64,000 nucleotides of DNA, from positions 36,456,001 to 36,520,000 of the forward strand of contig NW_027266265.1 in assembly GCF_022045235.1 (NCBI RefSeq), in the 5' to 3' direction. Position numbers and translations under genes: made by a program. The DNA is from Haliotis cracherodii. Its lineage: Eukaryota. The number at the start of each line of letters is the position of its first letter. The first letter of the stretch is position 1. This document shows positions 12,301-25,305 of the stretch, piece after piece. The notes below the pieces were generated by a model. The model ran no database searches. It was not told the DNA's origin and saw only the letters and a list, made by a program, of their open reading frames with translations.

Positions 12301-15284
12301 ATGGTGACGTCACTTCCGATTCGAAGTGATGGCGAATGGGCCCAGTGCATATATATATATATATACTGCTCAAAACAAGTCAAAGAACACCCACAACTGG
12401 AAAACTGAGGGTTGCATGACGAATTATCTATTTTCATTTGAAAAATAAATCTGGTGTTCTTTAACTTCTTTTGAGAAGTATATATCAACACAGTAGAGCT
12501 ATGATAATGATACACTGGAGAATCGAGGATCAAGTCTACACGATATACGGTTTTTCCATTGGGCGAGGGGTCGGTCACATGACCGCGAAACTGAAGTTCA
12601 TAAGTGTATGAATGTCACAGTTTGACGTTCATATGTTTTTCACGAGACTGCATTCTTGAAATAACATAAACACTGACGGACTACTTCCACATTCCTGGGG
12701 GAACCCATGAGGATTCCCTTGCACGAATTCATACAGAAGCGTTATTTCTTGTCATTTAGACCCTCATTTAGCGCGTTAGCATACATTGGGTTTAGTCATG
12801 CATAGGGTTTGGATATCCTCGCTACAACCCATCCTGGAAAACAAAACGAAAAAACGCACATCCAAACTATCGTAGTTGACTCTAAGCTCCGACGTTCATA
12901 CAGTTTTGGGGGCGGTCGGGTAGCCTATTGGTTAAAGCGTTCCATCGTCACGCCGAAGACCCGGGTTCGAATCCCGACATGGGTACAATGTGTGAAGCCC
13001 ATTTCTGGTGTCCCCCGCCGTGATATTGCTGTAATATTGCTAAAAGCGGCGTAAAACCATACTCACTCACTCACTCACTCATACAGTTCGGCTCTCACTC
13101 TATAAAGGTTCATAAAGTGAACTCACACAAAGTGAGAGTCAATTCTTAAATACATCTGAAACATTTACATACCGGCTTTGGGTGTGGCCACCTCGCCCTA
13201 TAGCACGAGCCATAGAGTCCCTCCCACTCTCCCACGCTGGAACACCGGTGTTTGGTGCTTCTCCCACAGAAGAGGAATCCCGGGCGACAGGTGTACGTTG
13301 CCGTTGCACCGACGTACTTCCCCTTGAACGAAACGTCCGCGTTTGGTAAGGGAGGGGGTAAGCCACATGCGGTTTGGTCTGCGAAATGAAAATACAATAT
13401 GCATTAGTGTATATGTTCCCACAAACAAAAAAAACAAAAAAAAGCCTCGATACTACTAACATGGTAGCGCGAGGTGAATCGAGGTGAGGTGAAATTGGGT
13501 TTAACGTCGCGTCCAAGATTATTGCACTGATATACCGACGTGTGTGTGTGTGGCTGCTTGTACTAGTCCGGACTGATGCCGATTTATAGCGCTAGCTATA
13601 TACCATGCCGCAGTTTAACATGAATACCCCACTCAGACACAGTGTACTGACTCCTAGCCGACCAGTCCTTGTTTGAGCCCCATAATGCCGAGGGTGACAA
13701 CAAGTACCATCTTTTAACGTCTTTTGGTATGACGCGGCCGGGGATCGAACCCAGGACCTTCCGCTCTCCGGGCGGACGCTCTACCACTAGACCACGGAGA
13801 CGAGTCAACCTAAATCTTATACATTTGCAGATACAAAGGTACAAAAAACACACGCGTCAGCTTTCATTACGCGCAATAATTTTAATGAGGACTATTATTG
13901 TTATGGGGGCGGTCGGGTAGTGGTAAAATCTTTGCTCGTCACGCCGAAGACTCGGGTTCGAATCCCGACATGTGTGAAGCCCATTTCTGGTGTCCCCCGC
14001 CGTGATATTGCTGGAATATTGCTAAAAGCGGTGTTAAACCAAACTCACTCACTCACTCACTCACTATTATTGTTATGAAGATGGAGCAGTGGGATAGTCT
14101 AGTGGATAAAGCGTTCGCTCGTCACGCCAAACACCCGTGTCCGATTCTCCACATGGGTACTCTGTGTGAAGCCCATTTCTGGTGTCCCCCGCCGTGACAT
14201 TGCTGGAATATTGCTGAAAGCGGCTTGAAACTATACTCACTCACTGAAGGTTAATGAAGGTTATAAAACAACCCAAATGCAAAATAAGACACACACAGAT
14301 ACTGATTGTGTTCGTATTCGATACACTCAGCATTAATACAGCTATATGAGGGCGGCCTGGAAATTGTCGAGTCTGAACCAGACAAACCAGTGGTCGATAT
14401 CATGAGCAACGCCTATGCTATAGGAGTACGACGACACGCAATCAACAAAGTCACCGAACCGGAACACCCGATCCACATTTCTTCTTAAAATAAGTTGATG
14501 GGAATCAATTCTACCCCGGATTCCCTAGGGGTCTCAGAAGACAGAGGAGCGGTCGGTGGCCTAGTGGTTAAAGCGGTCGCTCGTCACACCGAAGACCGGG
14601 TTCGATTCCCGACATGGGTACAATGTGTGAAGCCCATTTCTGGCGTCCCCCGCCGTGATATTGCTGGAATATTGCTGATAGCGGCGTAAAATCAAACTCA
14701 CTCACTCACTCAAATGACAGAAAAAACAAATTACCTGGGTCGCATCCTCCGAAGAGAGGCGTAATGGCTTTTGATCCGGGGATCCTGCACAGGCTATCGT
14801 CGTCAGCATCTGTTGTGTCCAGGCTGAAGGTCAGTGAGTCCAGCTCTACCCCATACTGGTCACCGTCCTCCACCTTGACCGTCAACTGATGATTTCCCGC
14901 TTCGGCAGTTACATTTTCACCGAAATTTGCGACTTCCAGTATAGTGTTCCATAATACACCATCACCAAGTTTTTCTCGCGTTACCCAGCTTCCGACCTCC
15001 TGGTCATCGAGATGGAAGGTCAGGAGATCAGACAGGCCGTCATTGGAGTACCGCAATTTTTCTAGCGAAAACGATTTCCTTTTCTTCAAACAGAAATTAT
15101 ATATCAATTTCTCGTCGTCGTAGAGGACAACCGTGCCTTGGTTTGATGCGTGTCCACGGGGACGTAGACGACACTTCTCAACACCAACAGCAGTCGCGAG
15201 TTCATCAAGCTGAACCGTGACTTCATGAGCTAGCGACGCCCGCAGCAGGGGTAGCAACAGCACGAACGTGCACCACGTGTTCAT
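9392..15284 (-). CDS. Gene A: secreted multi-domain lectin-like protein, 382 aa (signal peptide + CBM6/35-like domain + sushi/CCP + galectin-like domain); exons 15284-14735, 13378-13173, 11614-11529, 10708-10531, 9520-9392
   Basis: All junctions GT-AG, phases 1,0,2,0, total 1149 nt. Signal peptide MNTWCTFVLLLPLLRASLA. CCP motif CGLPPPLPNA..GATATYTCRPGF..RCSSVGEWEG..C. C-terminal LPWGI..RFTVTL..YLEVRF..PFTLGKQFRLGV..FQVIVDGE..DRLVISSEV follows the galectin strand pattern. TATTTAAA lies ~40 bp upstream and AATAAA at 9336-9331. Confidence 0.85.
9582..10128 (-). mobile_element. Two tandem SINE family C copies (9582-9854, 9866-10128)
   Basis: Consensus matches; first copy bounded by TSD CGGAGGAAAAG. 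Confidence 0.85.
10768..11140. repeat. 42-bp minisatellite (~9 copies) in an intron of gene A
   Basis: Unit CCGTTAATAATGCAGGACATGTGACGTTATGCGTAACACGCA. Confidence 0.95.
11140..11410. repeat. 43-bp minisatellite (~6 copies) abutting the 42-bp array
   Basis: Unit AAATGACACAATGATCAATATGTTCACGTTAAACATGCACTTG. Confidence 0.9.
11805..12080 (+). mobile_element. SINE family C
   Basis: Consensus match; TSD CAAGATGTAT. Confidence 0.85.
12364..12480. mobile_element. Tc1/mariner-type MITE (117 bp)
   Basis: 28-bp TIRs TACTGCTCAAAACAAGTCAAAGAACACC / GGTGTTCTTTAACTTCTTTTGAGAAGTA (3 mismatches), TA on both sides. Confidence 0.75.
12908..13078 (+). mobile_element. SINE family A
   Basis: TSD TCATACAGTT. 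Confidence 0.9.
13480..13806 (-). mobile_element. SINE family B
   Basis: Reverse-complement match to 2697-3047. Confidence 0.85.
13906..14711 (+). mobile_element. Cluster of three family A SINEs (13906-14062, ~14085-14245, 14546-14711) around an old - strand family D-like copy
   Basis: First copy has 15-bp TSD ACTATTATTGTTATG; others match the consensus. Confidence 0.8.
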
Positions 15285-15649
15285 CTTTGAGTCCAGACGT
15301 TCAGTGAGACAAGAGTCTACTCATTTAAATATGCTTGGGAGATCCGGTATTTGAATATTTAACTGCTTCGTCCATATAAGGACATGCGACTGCCGCATTA
15401 TAGGTCCCATAATCAGCATTATTTACAAGTGTGACAATTTTATCACATGTGTGGATATAGATTAAAACTAAACTTTCTTAATGTTTCGACATATGATAAT
15501 TTTACGATAATGTTATTATCATTCTACGATAATTTTACGATAAGTTTATGATACTTTATGATTATTCTTGGATAACACTTTCTTAGTAAAGTACAGATTC
15601 TAGTACTTAATTGTGGGTTGAGTCCCATCCGGAATTCGAACCCGCAATG

Positions 15650-16010
15650 TATAGTATCATAAAAAAATGATACTTCTAGATTTTGAATATTACTAAAAAG
15701 TACTGCAGGAAAACGTTTGGCGAGTCTTACTTAAGTTTAGAACCAACGTCTACCTAATGAAACTGGGAGATGGAGACAAATAGCTGTAACCGAAAGAAAA
15801 ATGTCAACTTTGTAAACTATCTGACATAGGTGATGAATCCCATTATTTGATTATTTGTCCATCTTTAGAAAAAGAAAAACAACACACTTTTTACACAGAT
15901 TCTACAACATTGAACCCAATATGTATAAAATAAATTTACTTTTCAATAATCCACGATTAGGAACATTGTCCATATTTGCAGTCATTATTTCATTGTTTAA
16001 ACCTATCAAG
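15650..16010 (+). mobile_element. Decayed non-LTR retrotransposon ORF2 C-terminus (RTE-X-like zinc-knuckle region)
   Basis: Frameshifted translation KFRT..RLPNETGRW...ER(K)CQLCKLSDIGDESHYLIICP. Confidence 0.65.
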
Positions 16011-16504
16011 TAACCCACTCCTTATTTAATTGCCCACATAACATATAGTTACCAGGAGAATCTGTGCATATGTATATCATGCATGGTCGGCAAAGATGTT
16101 CAGTATCTTTTCTCTATTTATATGTATATGTATCATGTTGTTGGAGTAATTTTGTACCTCTTATACCGAACAATTTAGTCGCCTTACAATAAGCGCAATG
16201 ACAATCACGATCAATGTAATACTAACTTTAATTTCACACTTTAGTTTCGCTGAGAACCATCAAGTGGTCCTCAGGTCAGAACAGATCCGCATTACCCGAT
16301 GATGTCATAAAAGCCGACAATTCTGATCATAATGCATGATAAATGTTTAATATGCGGAAACAATACGTCCTGTGTACGGGCATATTTGTGACGTGCCATT
16401 GTTCAGCCGGACCTAACTTGCAGAGTTGGAATTCAAGATCCTGTTAAGGCTAAGCGACGCTGAGTGTATGTCATACTTCGGTTGACCGAAGTTGCTAATG
16501 CTTA

Positions 16505-16671
16505 GTGAGTGAGTGAGTATGGTTTTACGCCGCTTTTAGCAATATTACAGCAATATCACGGCGGGGGACACCAGAAATGGGCTTCACACAGTGTGCCCAT
16601 GTAGGGAATCGAACCCGGATCTTCGGCGTGACGAGCGAACGCTTTAACCGCGAGGTTACCCGACCGCCCCC
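16505..16671 (-). mobile_element. SINE family A
   Basis: Reverse-complement consensus match. Confidence 0.85.
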
Positions 16672-16769
16672 TTGTGTGTTATAGCAATACACATGGGCGT
16701 TGTGCTTCTCATCATGACAGCCATCTTTTTTTATATCTTTTTATTACGAGAATTGCCGAAAGTAACACT

Positions 16770-17025
16770 GATTGACCACACGATCCCGTTAGTCGCCTCT
16801 TACGACAAACATAGTCGCCCTTTACAGCAAGAATGGGTTGCTGAAGACCTATTCTACCCCGGATCATCAAGGGTCCCAAGCAATTGGAATACGATGACAT
16901 GGCATCAACAAGTCAGCGAGCCTGACCACACGATCCAATTAGTCGCCTCTTACGACAAGCATAGTCGCCTTTTACAGTAAGCATGGGTTGCTGAAGACCT
17001 ATTCTACCCCGGATCGTCACGGGTC
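16770..17025 (-). mobile_element. Family D, two tandem 5' halves
   Basis: Head ...CTATTCTACCCCGGATC..CACGGGTC appears twice. Confidence 0.8.
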
Positions 17026-17139
17026 AAATGTTGTTTTTTTGTTTTTAATCATGACGGGCATGGCTATGTAGCTAATTCTTTACAGCTCCCAAATGTCCTT
17101 GCTCTGTCTCATTTGACTGTTGTGATGGTGAGTGTTCAT

Positions 17140-17515
17140 AATAATTAAACAGCCAATCCCCTTCCACTGATTTACCCACCTGACCAGAACTGAAGGAGAC
17201 CAGTGAGACCACCTCGTCTGTTTCATATTTACATCTATGCATAGAGATTTAGAGTAACACTTTCCACAAAGACATATGACAAGAAGGATGACTTCAACTT
17301 CCCAATAGCAAATGTTCCCTTCGTGTCGAGCAATATTTTTGCAGCTCCAGCCTTTGGCGTTTACATTCCACAACTTCTGAGGAACAATCGAGCATGCGTT
17401 TTCTTCGGCGATTTCAAAGACTCTTATTAAAAGTTGTTTGATAAAGGGTACAACATTCAAGGCCTCAGTAAAACCTTCAAAAAGTCTTATGGTAGACATG
17501 AAGAAGGTATTTCCA
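17140..17515 (+). mobile_element. Penelope-like element RT/thumb fragment
   Basis: Decayed YDK..DDFNFPIANVPFVSSNIFAAPAFGVYI..LFDKGYNIQGLSKTFKKSYGRH. Confidence 0.75.
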
Positions 17516-17517
17516 AT

Positions 17518-17775
17518 GCTTGCCGTAAAAGGCGACTATGCTTGCTGTAAAAGGCGACTATGCTTGCTCTAAAAGGCGACTATGCTTGGCGTAAGAGGCG
17601 ACTAACGGGATCGGGTGTTCACGCTTGCTGACTTGGTTGATGCATTTCATCGTATCACAATTGCTTGGATCGATGCTCATGATATCAATCACTGGATTGT
17701 CTGGTTCAGACTCGATTATTTACAGACCCCCGTCTATAGCTGGAATATTGCTGAGTGCGGCGTTAAACAACAAAC
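17518..17775 (+). mobile_element. Family D copy with four repeats of the 22-bp ATGCTTG..GTAA(A/G)AGGCGACT unit
   Basis: Directly visible at 17516-17603. Confidence 0.85.
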
Positions 17776-17900
17776 AATCATCAATCAATACTTCCCCAAA
17801 TTAAAACATAACAATTCAAGGGCTGTACAGAGGAGGAACACACCTCTGTATTGAGTACGATACATATAACAACAGTGTATCGAAAATTCAGGTCAGGAAA

Positions 17901-20900
17901 TCATCTTTGTCCGGCTGAACCCGATATGACGGCAAATAATGCTACAACCGTTGTCAACACTGGCATAGACGAGAGGCGGGATGAACTGTCGCAGACGCGA
18001 GTTTCGTCTGAATTATCAGCGCATTCGTCCACACCATTGCAGGCTAACGTCTTGGCTATGCAGAAGTTGTTGCTGCACTGGAAGGCGTCGTCGAAGCAGC
18101 TTCCTAAAAAACGAAGCAAACAAATTTTGGGCAATGGTCTTTTAACGCTAAAATGTGGTTAAGTATGCTAAAACTTATATTAGTTCACTATTATTTCCTG
18201 ATACTTTTTTTATTATAAAATACAACTTTGTGTTTTTACAAAGCAAAACAAATGGAAAAATGAGTTTAGATCAAAGGAACATTTGATTTTTCGATTTAAC
18301 TTTAATTTGTCCTTCCTTAGTATTTTATGCACACGTTAATACAGCATGTTGAATTTTGTACATATCTCAACCGAGACACGTCATAGCAAAGAGAGTTCAG
18401 GACAAATGTGTTAACAGAATAAAAAAAGATTATGTCGTAATCAGGCACAGTATTGCTGTTGTTGTTGTTGTTGTTAACGATGGTGTTGAACCAACACATT
18501 AACAAGCAGGTCATGTTTGAGTTTGAGGATGACAATGACGGTTTCATTTGGGACGTCATTTTGCCCATCAAAACCGATACCGCCTTGAATATTCTTGAAC
18601 AAAATTATAGCCCATCGCATCAGTGATATAAGAACCCAGATGTATATATCTTTAAACATATTTTATTAATAGTGGCCAATCGGCGATGTAGAAGTCCGCT
18701 AGAAAAATCCTCAAGTCACACATCGGCAGACAATTTCTAACTGGTTACCCTAAAACTGCAAACACCGACAAGCAGATGGTGAAGGATGACCGAAACACAG
18801 GTTATACACGTAGTGGCGTCTCCTGAGTCGAGGCTACTTATACATTGGCCTCAATTCACCCAGCAGTCAATGGGTACCCGGGAGTATGCGATGTAAACGT
18901 AAATGCAGTACCTTCCAGCGCAAAATAGACAGCTTGGATTGTATACTCCCCGGGGAACTGAGACTGCAAAATGAATGGACCCTGTTCCCTTGAGTCGTGT
19001 TACGTTTGAACAGCCGCTGTGTGGATAACGCGCTGTACAGGTGTGTACTGTCATTACCATTGTACCACAGAAGTAAACAGGGACTTACCAATAGGCCCTC
19101 GTTTGAGCGATGTCAGTATGATAGTGAAGGTAGCATCGGAGTCTATTGTGTCCGTGTCATACTGCAGAGCTATGGCTGGCACAGAGGTGTTGAACACCTT
19201 GGTGGCCAATCTAGAGCCGCACAATGTTCCTGTTGGGTGGAAAGTAGAACATATATAGAATAGTATAATTAGGAGATAAACATACTGTGTTTTCAATGTA
19301 GAGCTAGGTTACCTGTAGATTTCACCGCGCTTAATTGAATTTGGAACCGAACCGACTAAATAAAACGCGAACTCTTTGGTGTCAGCAAATATACTGAGTG
19401 AAGCGGCATGGGTTGAGTCCAGTGTTTTGAGTGGGTTCTCGATCTGAATTACGGAATCACCGAAGAAAATAAGGTGCTGTATATACTCAAGCAGTTTGTT
19501 TACACCGTAATACTTCACTCGAATATATGACAGGCATTGAAAGCATATAAAGCACGGCAACTTGGTAAGATAACATGAGGTGGGCATCCCTAAAGAAAAC
19601 AAAGCAAGCTTTGCAAGGCTTTCGCTCTACATCGCGCGTCACCATTATGACGTCATATCGCTCATTATGACGCAAAAGATATGACGTCACAGTCGTAAAT
19701 AGAAAAGGCTCACAATTCCAAGCTCTCTGTTGTCTCCAAAATGTAAATACATTCCCTTTGTTGATTTCTTTCTTGTTTTTTCTGCACGAAATGTATTGCC
19801 ACACATCCTTTGAATATTGTAGTAACCTCATCTTTGCATTTTGTAACCTGTAATTGTATATATAATTATTTAAATATGCCTACCGACAATGACTGAAAAT
19901 AGTACTATTCTATGATTATTAGCTTCCGCGGTGATGCGGCCGTCAAACCTGCTGTTTCACTCAGAGGGGGTTTATTGTGATTTAATAGCCTCTGATTGAC
20001 CAATCAGAATCGAGTAAATTCCAAATTTATGGCAGAATAATGATTTGTCGACGCCATGTTGCACTCAAGTTGACATAATGACGTCACAATATATATACGT
20101 CACAATATGACGTAATGTTTATACTTTTTGATCATGTGGAATATGGGTTTGTCAACGTTATGACGTCACCAATGATAACGTAGTGTGCAATAAGGTCAGA
20201 ATACTTATAATATCCTTGTGGACGCCAAGTTAACACTTCTCCTCTGGGCCCCGTTCCACAAAGCGATCATAGTGCTAAGTCAATCGTAATTCCCATGCTT
20301 TAACATAGACGTACGGCAGTCGTAGCGCTAAGATCGCTTTGAGGAACGGGACCCTGGACACTGTTTTCAATACTTCTTTACAACCGTTTTAAATGGAATG
20401 GATAACACAAAGGTTATAATGAAACTGACTTTACCAAACACGTAAGTCTGAAACACCATCTGTCGGCCAGCACTGGAAGGAATCCATATTAGTTTCGTTC
20501 ACGTGACTATCTCATAACAAACTTAATAAATACTGACATTTTGGCTGGTCTACATTTTTGTACTTCAGATCTATGTATTGACCAACTTGTATTTATCATA
20601 AATGGTTAATGTCATGGATGCGACAAACCAATCCGATAAACTTGAAACACGATCCGATGACTATTCAAATGAGGTCGCCAAGCATGTACTACTTTCAAGC
20701 TCAATACATCAATACATCTATTGACCGCCTCCGTGGTCTAGTGGTAGAGCGTCCGCCCGGAGAGCGGAAGGTCCGGGGTTCGATCCCCGCCCGCGTCATA
20801 CCAAAAGACGTTTAAAGATGGTACTTGTTGTTACCTTGTCTGGCGCTCGGCATTAATGGGCTAAAACAAGGACTGGTCGGCTCGGAGTCAGTGTACTGTG

Positions 20901-23502
20901 TCTGAGTAGGGTATTCATGTTAAACTGCGGCATGGTAACTCAGTGAGCATGCACTATAAATCGGTATCAGTCAGGACTAGTACAAATAGCCACACAAACA
21001 CACACCCGTACATGCACGTCGCTATATAAGTGCAATAATCTTGGACGCGACGTTAAACCCCATTTCACCTCACCTCTTTGTTCTATTGACTAACGTTCTC
21101 AAGATTGGGGTTTCACAATGTGTCGTCGGGGCGGTGGGGTCTAGTGGTTAGATGACATGGGTACAATGTGTGAAGCCCATTTCTGGTGTCTCCCGCCGTG
21201 ATAATGCTGGAATATTGCTAAAAAGCGGCGTAAAACCATACTCACTTACCTACTCATTCACCCAAGTCGTCACGATATGGCTGAAATATTGCCCATGTGA
21301 CGTTAAATAATAACTCACTCACTCACACATTCACCCAAGGACATACAATTGCAGAATAATAACAATTTACCGGATATTCGAGGCCCGAGCGGATCTACGA
21401 TCTCCAGCGTGGTGTTGCATTCCAAGGGGAGGCTGAAGGATGTGATGTCAATGAGGATGCCTAGCGCGTCTTCATCAGTCGCCACGTCCATATTGCACGA
21501 CGACGACAGATTCCCCCTCAGAATCATGCTATCGGAGAAGGAAAGTGTGTCGTCACAGTTGCTCTCCATGGCAACTGAAAAGAACTTGAGGTCAGGGCAT
21601 GGTGTTTATGCTTCGCGGAGAGATGGAGATTTTTAACAAAAATAATGCTTTGTGTTTTTTTGTATTTAAAACATTGCATGTAAAGGCGGCGTAAAACAAT
21701 ACTCACTCACACTTTACTAATTGAAATGGGGCACGGGTGGACCAGTCGTCTAAGGCGCCGCAATTCGCTGTGCAGAGTTGCGTCCCTTGGGCATGGTAGA
21801 ACCTTTGATTGTGGATTCGAATCCCGGTTCGCCCCCATTATGTTTCAAGGTTTGTCAGCACCATACCCGTGCTCGTGTGTTTCAACAAAGTGGTAAACGC
21901 CTGCGACCTGCATCACTTCAGGCTTTCCTCCCATATATAGCTGACAAGCCGTGATATAACTGGAATACTGTAAAAAAGCGGCGTTAAACCAAGCTCACTC
22001 ACTCACTATAAATTTTTTTTGTTATTTAGCGCCACACTCCAGCTACATGGTCCAGCTACATGACGCTATTCACCACGTCACCGAGCCTACCCATCTGATA
22101 TATGTAGTCGCCTCTTGCGACCAGCATAGTCTGTGGGATCTATTCTACCAAAGAAGCATAGGCATATGTAGATACTAGGACAATAAAAATCCGCTCTAAT
22201 CCGGCAGCATAGGCATCCGTAGGTACTTGGACAATAAAATGAGTGAGTATGGTTTTAAGCCGCTCTTAGCTCTACTCCAGCAATATCGCGACAGGGACAC
22301 CAGACATGGGCTTCACACTTGTTGGAAATCAAACCATAGGCGTGACGAGCGAACGTTTAACCACTAGCCTACCTATCCGCCCAATGAACGTGAGGCTGTT
22401 TGGTCAAGCGAAAACGATAACGATGAGATCCAATATAATGGACGCCCACCCTACCCACTTTCCAAAACATCAGACCGCCTCCGTGGTCTAGTGGTAGAGC
22501 TTCCGCCCGGAGAGCGGAAGGTCCGGGGTTCGATCCCCGGCCGCGTCATACTAAAAGACGTTAAAAGATGGTACTTGTTGTCACCCTGTCATATTGAATT
22601 TAGCAAATATTCTGGTTCAATTCGTGACGCTCTACGATCTAGTTACGATACAGGTACGATATAGTTACGAATATTCGTGGGATTCAGCTGGATTCGCTTG
22701 AATATTGTCAGGAATTCACTACGATTCACAAGAAGATATTAGGAATACTGCACGAAAGTTACGAATCAGTTACGAATCAGTTAAGAATACGCCGAATTGT
22801 ACCAATCAGGTACGAATAAAAATGAATTGGTGACTATTCTTGACAATTTTGGGGTGGGTTTTTCCCTCAAGATAGCTTCGGCGTGTATTCGTGGGATTCG
22901 TGACAGATTCGTAGCCGATTCGTCGTAAAGCCACGAATTCACGAATCCTCGAATGACTTATGAATACCTACGAATGCCTACGAACCGATTACGATTCAGT
23001 TACGATGCATAAGAATGCATTACGAATTTGTTACGAATTAACTACGATATTTTTTAATCGGGAGTTCGTGGCCAAAACTGTGAACAGCTCAAAACTTTTG
23101 CCACGAATTCCCCATAGCTCAAGGATAGTAAGAACTAACTACGAATATATGCGAATCAGTTAAAAATTTCACTGATTACGATTCAACTACGAATCCTAAA
23201 ATTTATCAATTCGTGGGATTCGTGGTCTGTGTGGAATAGTAGTATTCCTCAAATAAGCTCATGACCCTGGTAGACATTTTTACCTGACGAACAGACAGCC
23301 TCGTATCATCATTAAACTGCCGACGACCCGAGGCTGCCTGTTTGATCAGGTCAGAAAGGCTATTAGAAGTGGAATGTGGAAAGGGGAAGGTTAGGGGTCA
23401 CCAGGACGTCTGTGTATACTTACATGTCTCTGGTGTTTTGGCACCGCCGCTGGTCCATGTTGACATACACAGAGAGAGAAACACAACAGTATAGGAAGCC
23501 AT
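17901..23502 (-). CDS. Gene B: CUB-like + LDLa protein, 208 aa, GPI-signal-like C-terminus; exons 23502-23424, 21574-21371, 19229-19089, 18103-17901
   Basis: GT-AG, all phase 1. Signal peptide MASYTVVFLSLCMSTWTSGGA. CUB-like NCDDTL..CNMDV..ILIDITSFSL..CNTTLEIVD..GTLCGS..FTIILT. LDLa CFDDAFQCSNNFCIAKTLACNGVDECADNSDE..C. Ends SSSRLSSMPVLTTVVALFAVISGSAGQR*. Confidence 0.88.
18815..19060 (+). mobile_element. Old CORE-SINE-like fragment
   Basis: GGCCTCAATTCACCCAGCAGTCAATGGGTACC resembles the CORE domain; decayed L2-like tail. Confidence 0.4.
20247..20353. mobile_element. PIF/Harbinger-type MITE (107 bp); decayed relatives near 5436-5540, 10405-10500, 35080-35185
   Basis: TIRs GGCCCCGTTCCACAAAGCGATC / GATCGCTTTGAGGAACGGGACC with CTG on both flanks. 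Confidence 0.7.
20723..21075 (+). mobile_element. SINE family B, full length
   Basis: Consensus match to 2697-3047. Confidence 0.88.
21728..22007 (+). mobile_element. SINE family C
   Basis: Consensus match. Confidence 0.85.
22590..23245. mobile_element. TTACGA/TCGT-rich degenerate element (probable non-autonomous DNA transposon) abutting a truncated family B SINE (22472-22590)
   Basis: Dozens of dispersed TTACGA(A/T) and ATTCGT motifs; class not determined. Confidence 0.45.
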
Positions 23503-25305
23503 TTTATTTAATTTTACAGTGACGCATACGTTGATGAATGCACTGTAGATAGGACAACCTTTATCAACAGTGGATTCAAGGATATCTCCGTGTGGGCCCG
23601 TATGATAACACAGATACGTATGCTATAACACAGAGTGAGTGAGTGAGTGAGTGAGTGAGTGAGTGAGTGAGCGGAATGTGAGCGGAATGTGAGAGGAAAG
23701 CTCTATTTTTTTTTTTTTTAAATTTTTTTTTAGGAAAGCCCTAGGTGATGTAGGTCTTAGACGTGTACTGCTTTGGTAAAACCAACGACCACGGGTATGG
23801 TACTGACAAAACATGAAACGTTATCGACGCGAACAGGGATTCGAACCCAGTCAGAACATACCGACCTCGTCGCTCGTATTAAAATTCTTTCGTTCGTTTT
23901 TAAACAGTTTGCCAGTGTGAACAGATAAGCGCAATGATAACGTGCAGTGCCAGCCTGTGATCTCGTATGTGTCAGAGTGGCACAGTGTTATCTTATCACC
24001 GAATAAAAAACTCTTGTTGATGCTTCGTGGGTACACAATCAACAACTACGGTAGCTCACTTTGGTCATAACGAAGGAGAAGGAGAACGGGTTGATTTGTA
24101 GTCTGAGGTGCTGCAATTCGCTGAGCAGAGTTGCGTCCCTTGGGTGTACCAGAAACCTGTGATCACGGGTTCGAATCTTAGATTCTATTTCATGATGATT
24201 TCTAGGTTTGACCAAGGTAGTTTGGGCTTCCTCATTCATCAAGATGAAATTCTCATTCTTTTGTTTGTTTCTTTGTATTCAGCAATATTCCAGCTATATG
24301 ACGGCGGTCTGTAAATAACCGTCTGGACCAGACAGACCACTGATTGACATCATGAGCATCGATCCACGCTGACATGCATCAACCAAGTCAGCGAGCCTGA
24401 CCACCCGATCCCGTGTGTCGCCTCTTACGACAAGCATATCCGCCTTTTACGTGTCTGCTTGTACTAGTCCGGATTTTTACCGGTCTTATGGCACTAGCCC
24501 ACTAAGATACCATGCCACAGTTTAACATGGGCATTCCACTCAAACACAGTATGCTGACCCAAGCCGACCAGTCCTTGTTTTATCCCCTTAATGTCGAGAC
24601 AGGGTAACAACAAGTACCATCTTTAACGTCTTTTGATATGACGCTGCCATGGGATCGAACCACCGACTTTCCGCTATCGGGACAGGCGCGCTATCTACTA
24701 CACCACGGATCAGGTTACAATCACATCCTGAAATTATCACTTATTGATGCAGATTCCTATCAAAACATGTTTGAAATTCAGCTAACCATAGAGCAACTCG
24801 CTTTCGGGTCGAAATACCCATTCACTCAAGCATTGCTAGCCATCGAGTGTAGGATATCTCCATTCTCCATACACCCTGGACCTAGTCGCCATTATAGTTC
24901 CGTGTCTTAGGAGTCATCAACAGATCCGTTCTTTCGTGTCATAGCGCCCCTCCTCGACACCCCCACCCCCACCCCCACCACCCCCCTACACACATTTAAT
25001 AATAATTAAATCATCTACCAACCAGTCAGTGTCATTTTCCAATAGAATGCCCAAATAATGTGCTTCATCATGAATTGAGTATACCTAAGTGAAAACTGAC
25101 AACTCTGCAAACAAATCACAAGGAAATTTTAATAACAAACAATTATAATAATAACCGTCACCGTCATCATGTACTGACGTTTTCTTTAAGAAAAATCTGA
25201 AACAGCGAAATACATTTGTCACAAAATACATTGTCAGATACATTCTGTGAGAACATCGGCTTTATATAATCATTCATCATTCACTTATTGTTACAAATAT
25301 ACATA

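Noticed and set aside
19550-20045. Possible Crypton-like non-autonomous element, and a TTGTGGAA-rich element at ~41080-41630
   Set aside because: Only a general resemblance; ends and TSDs could not be defined.
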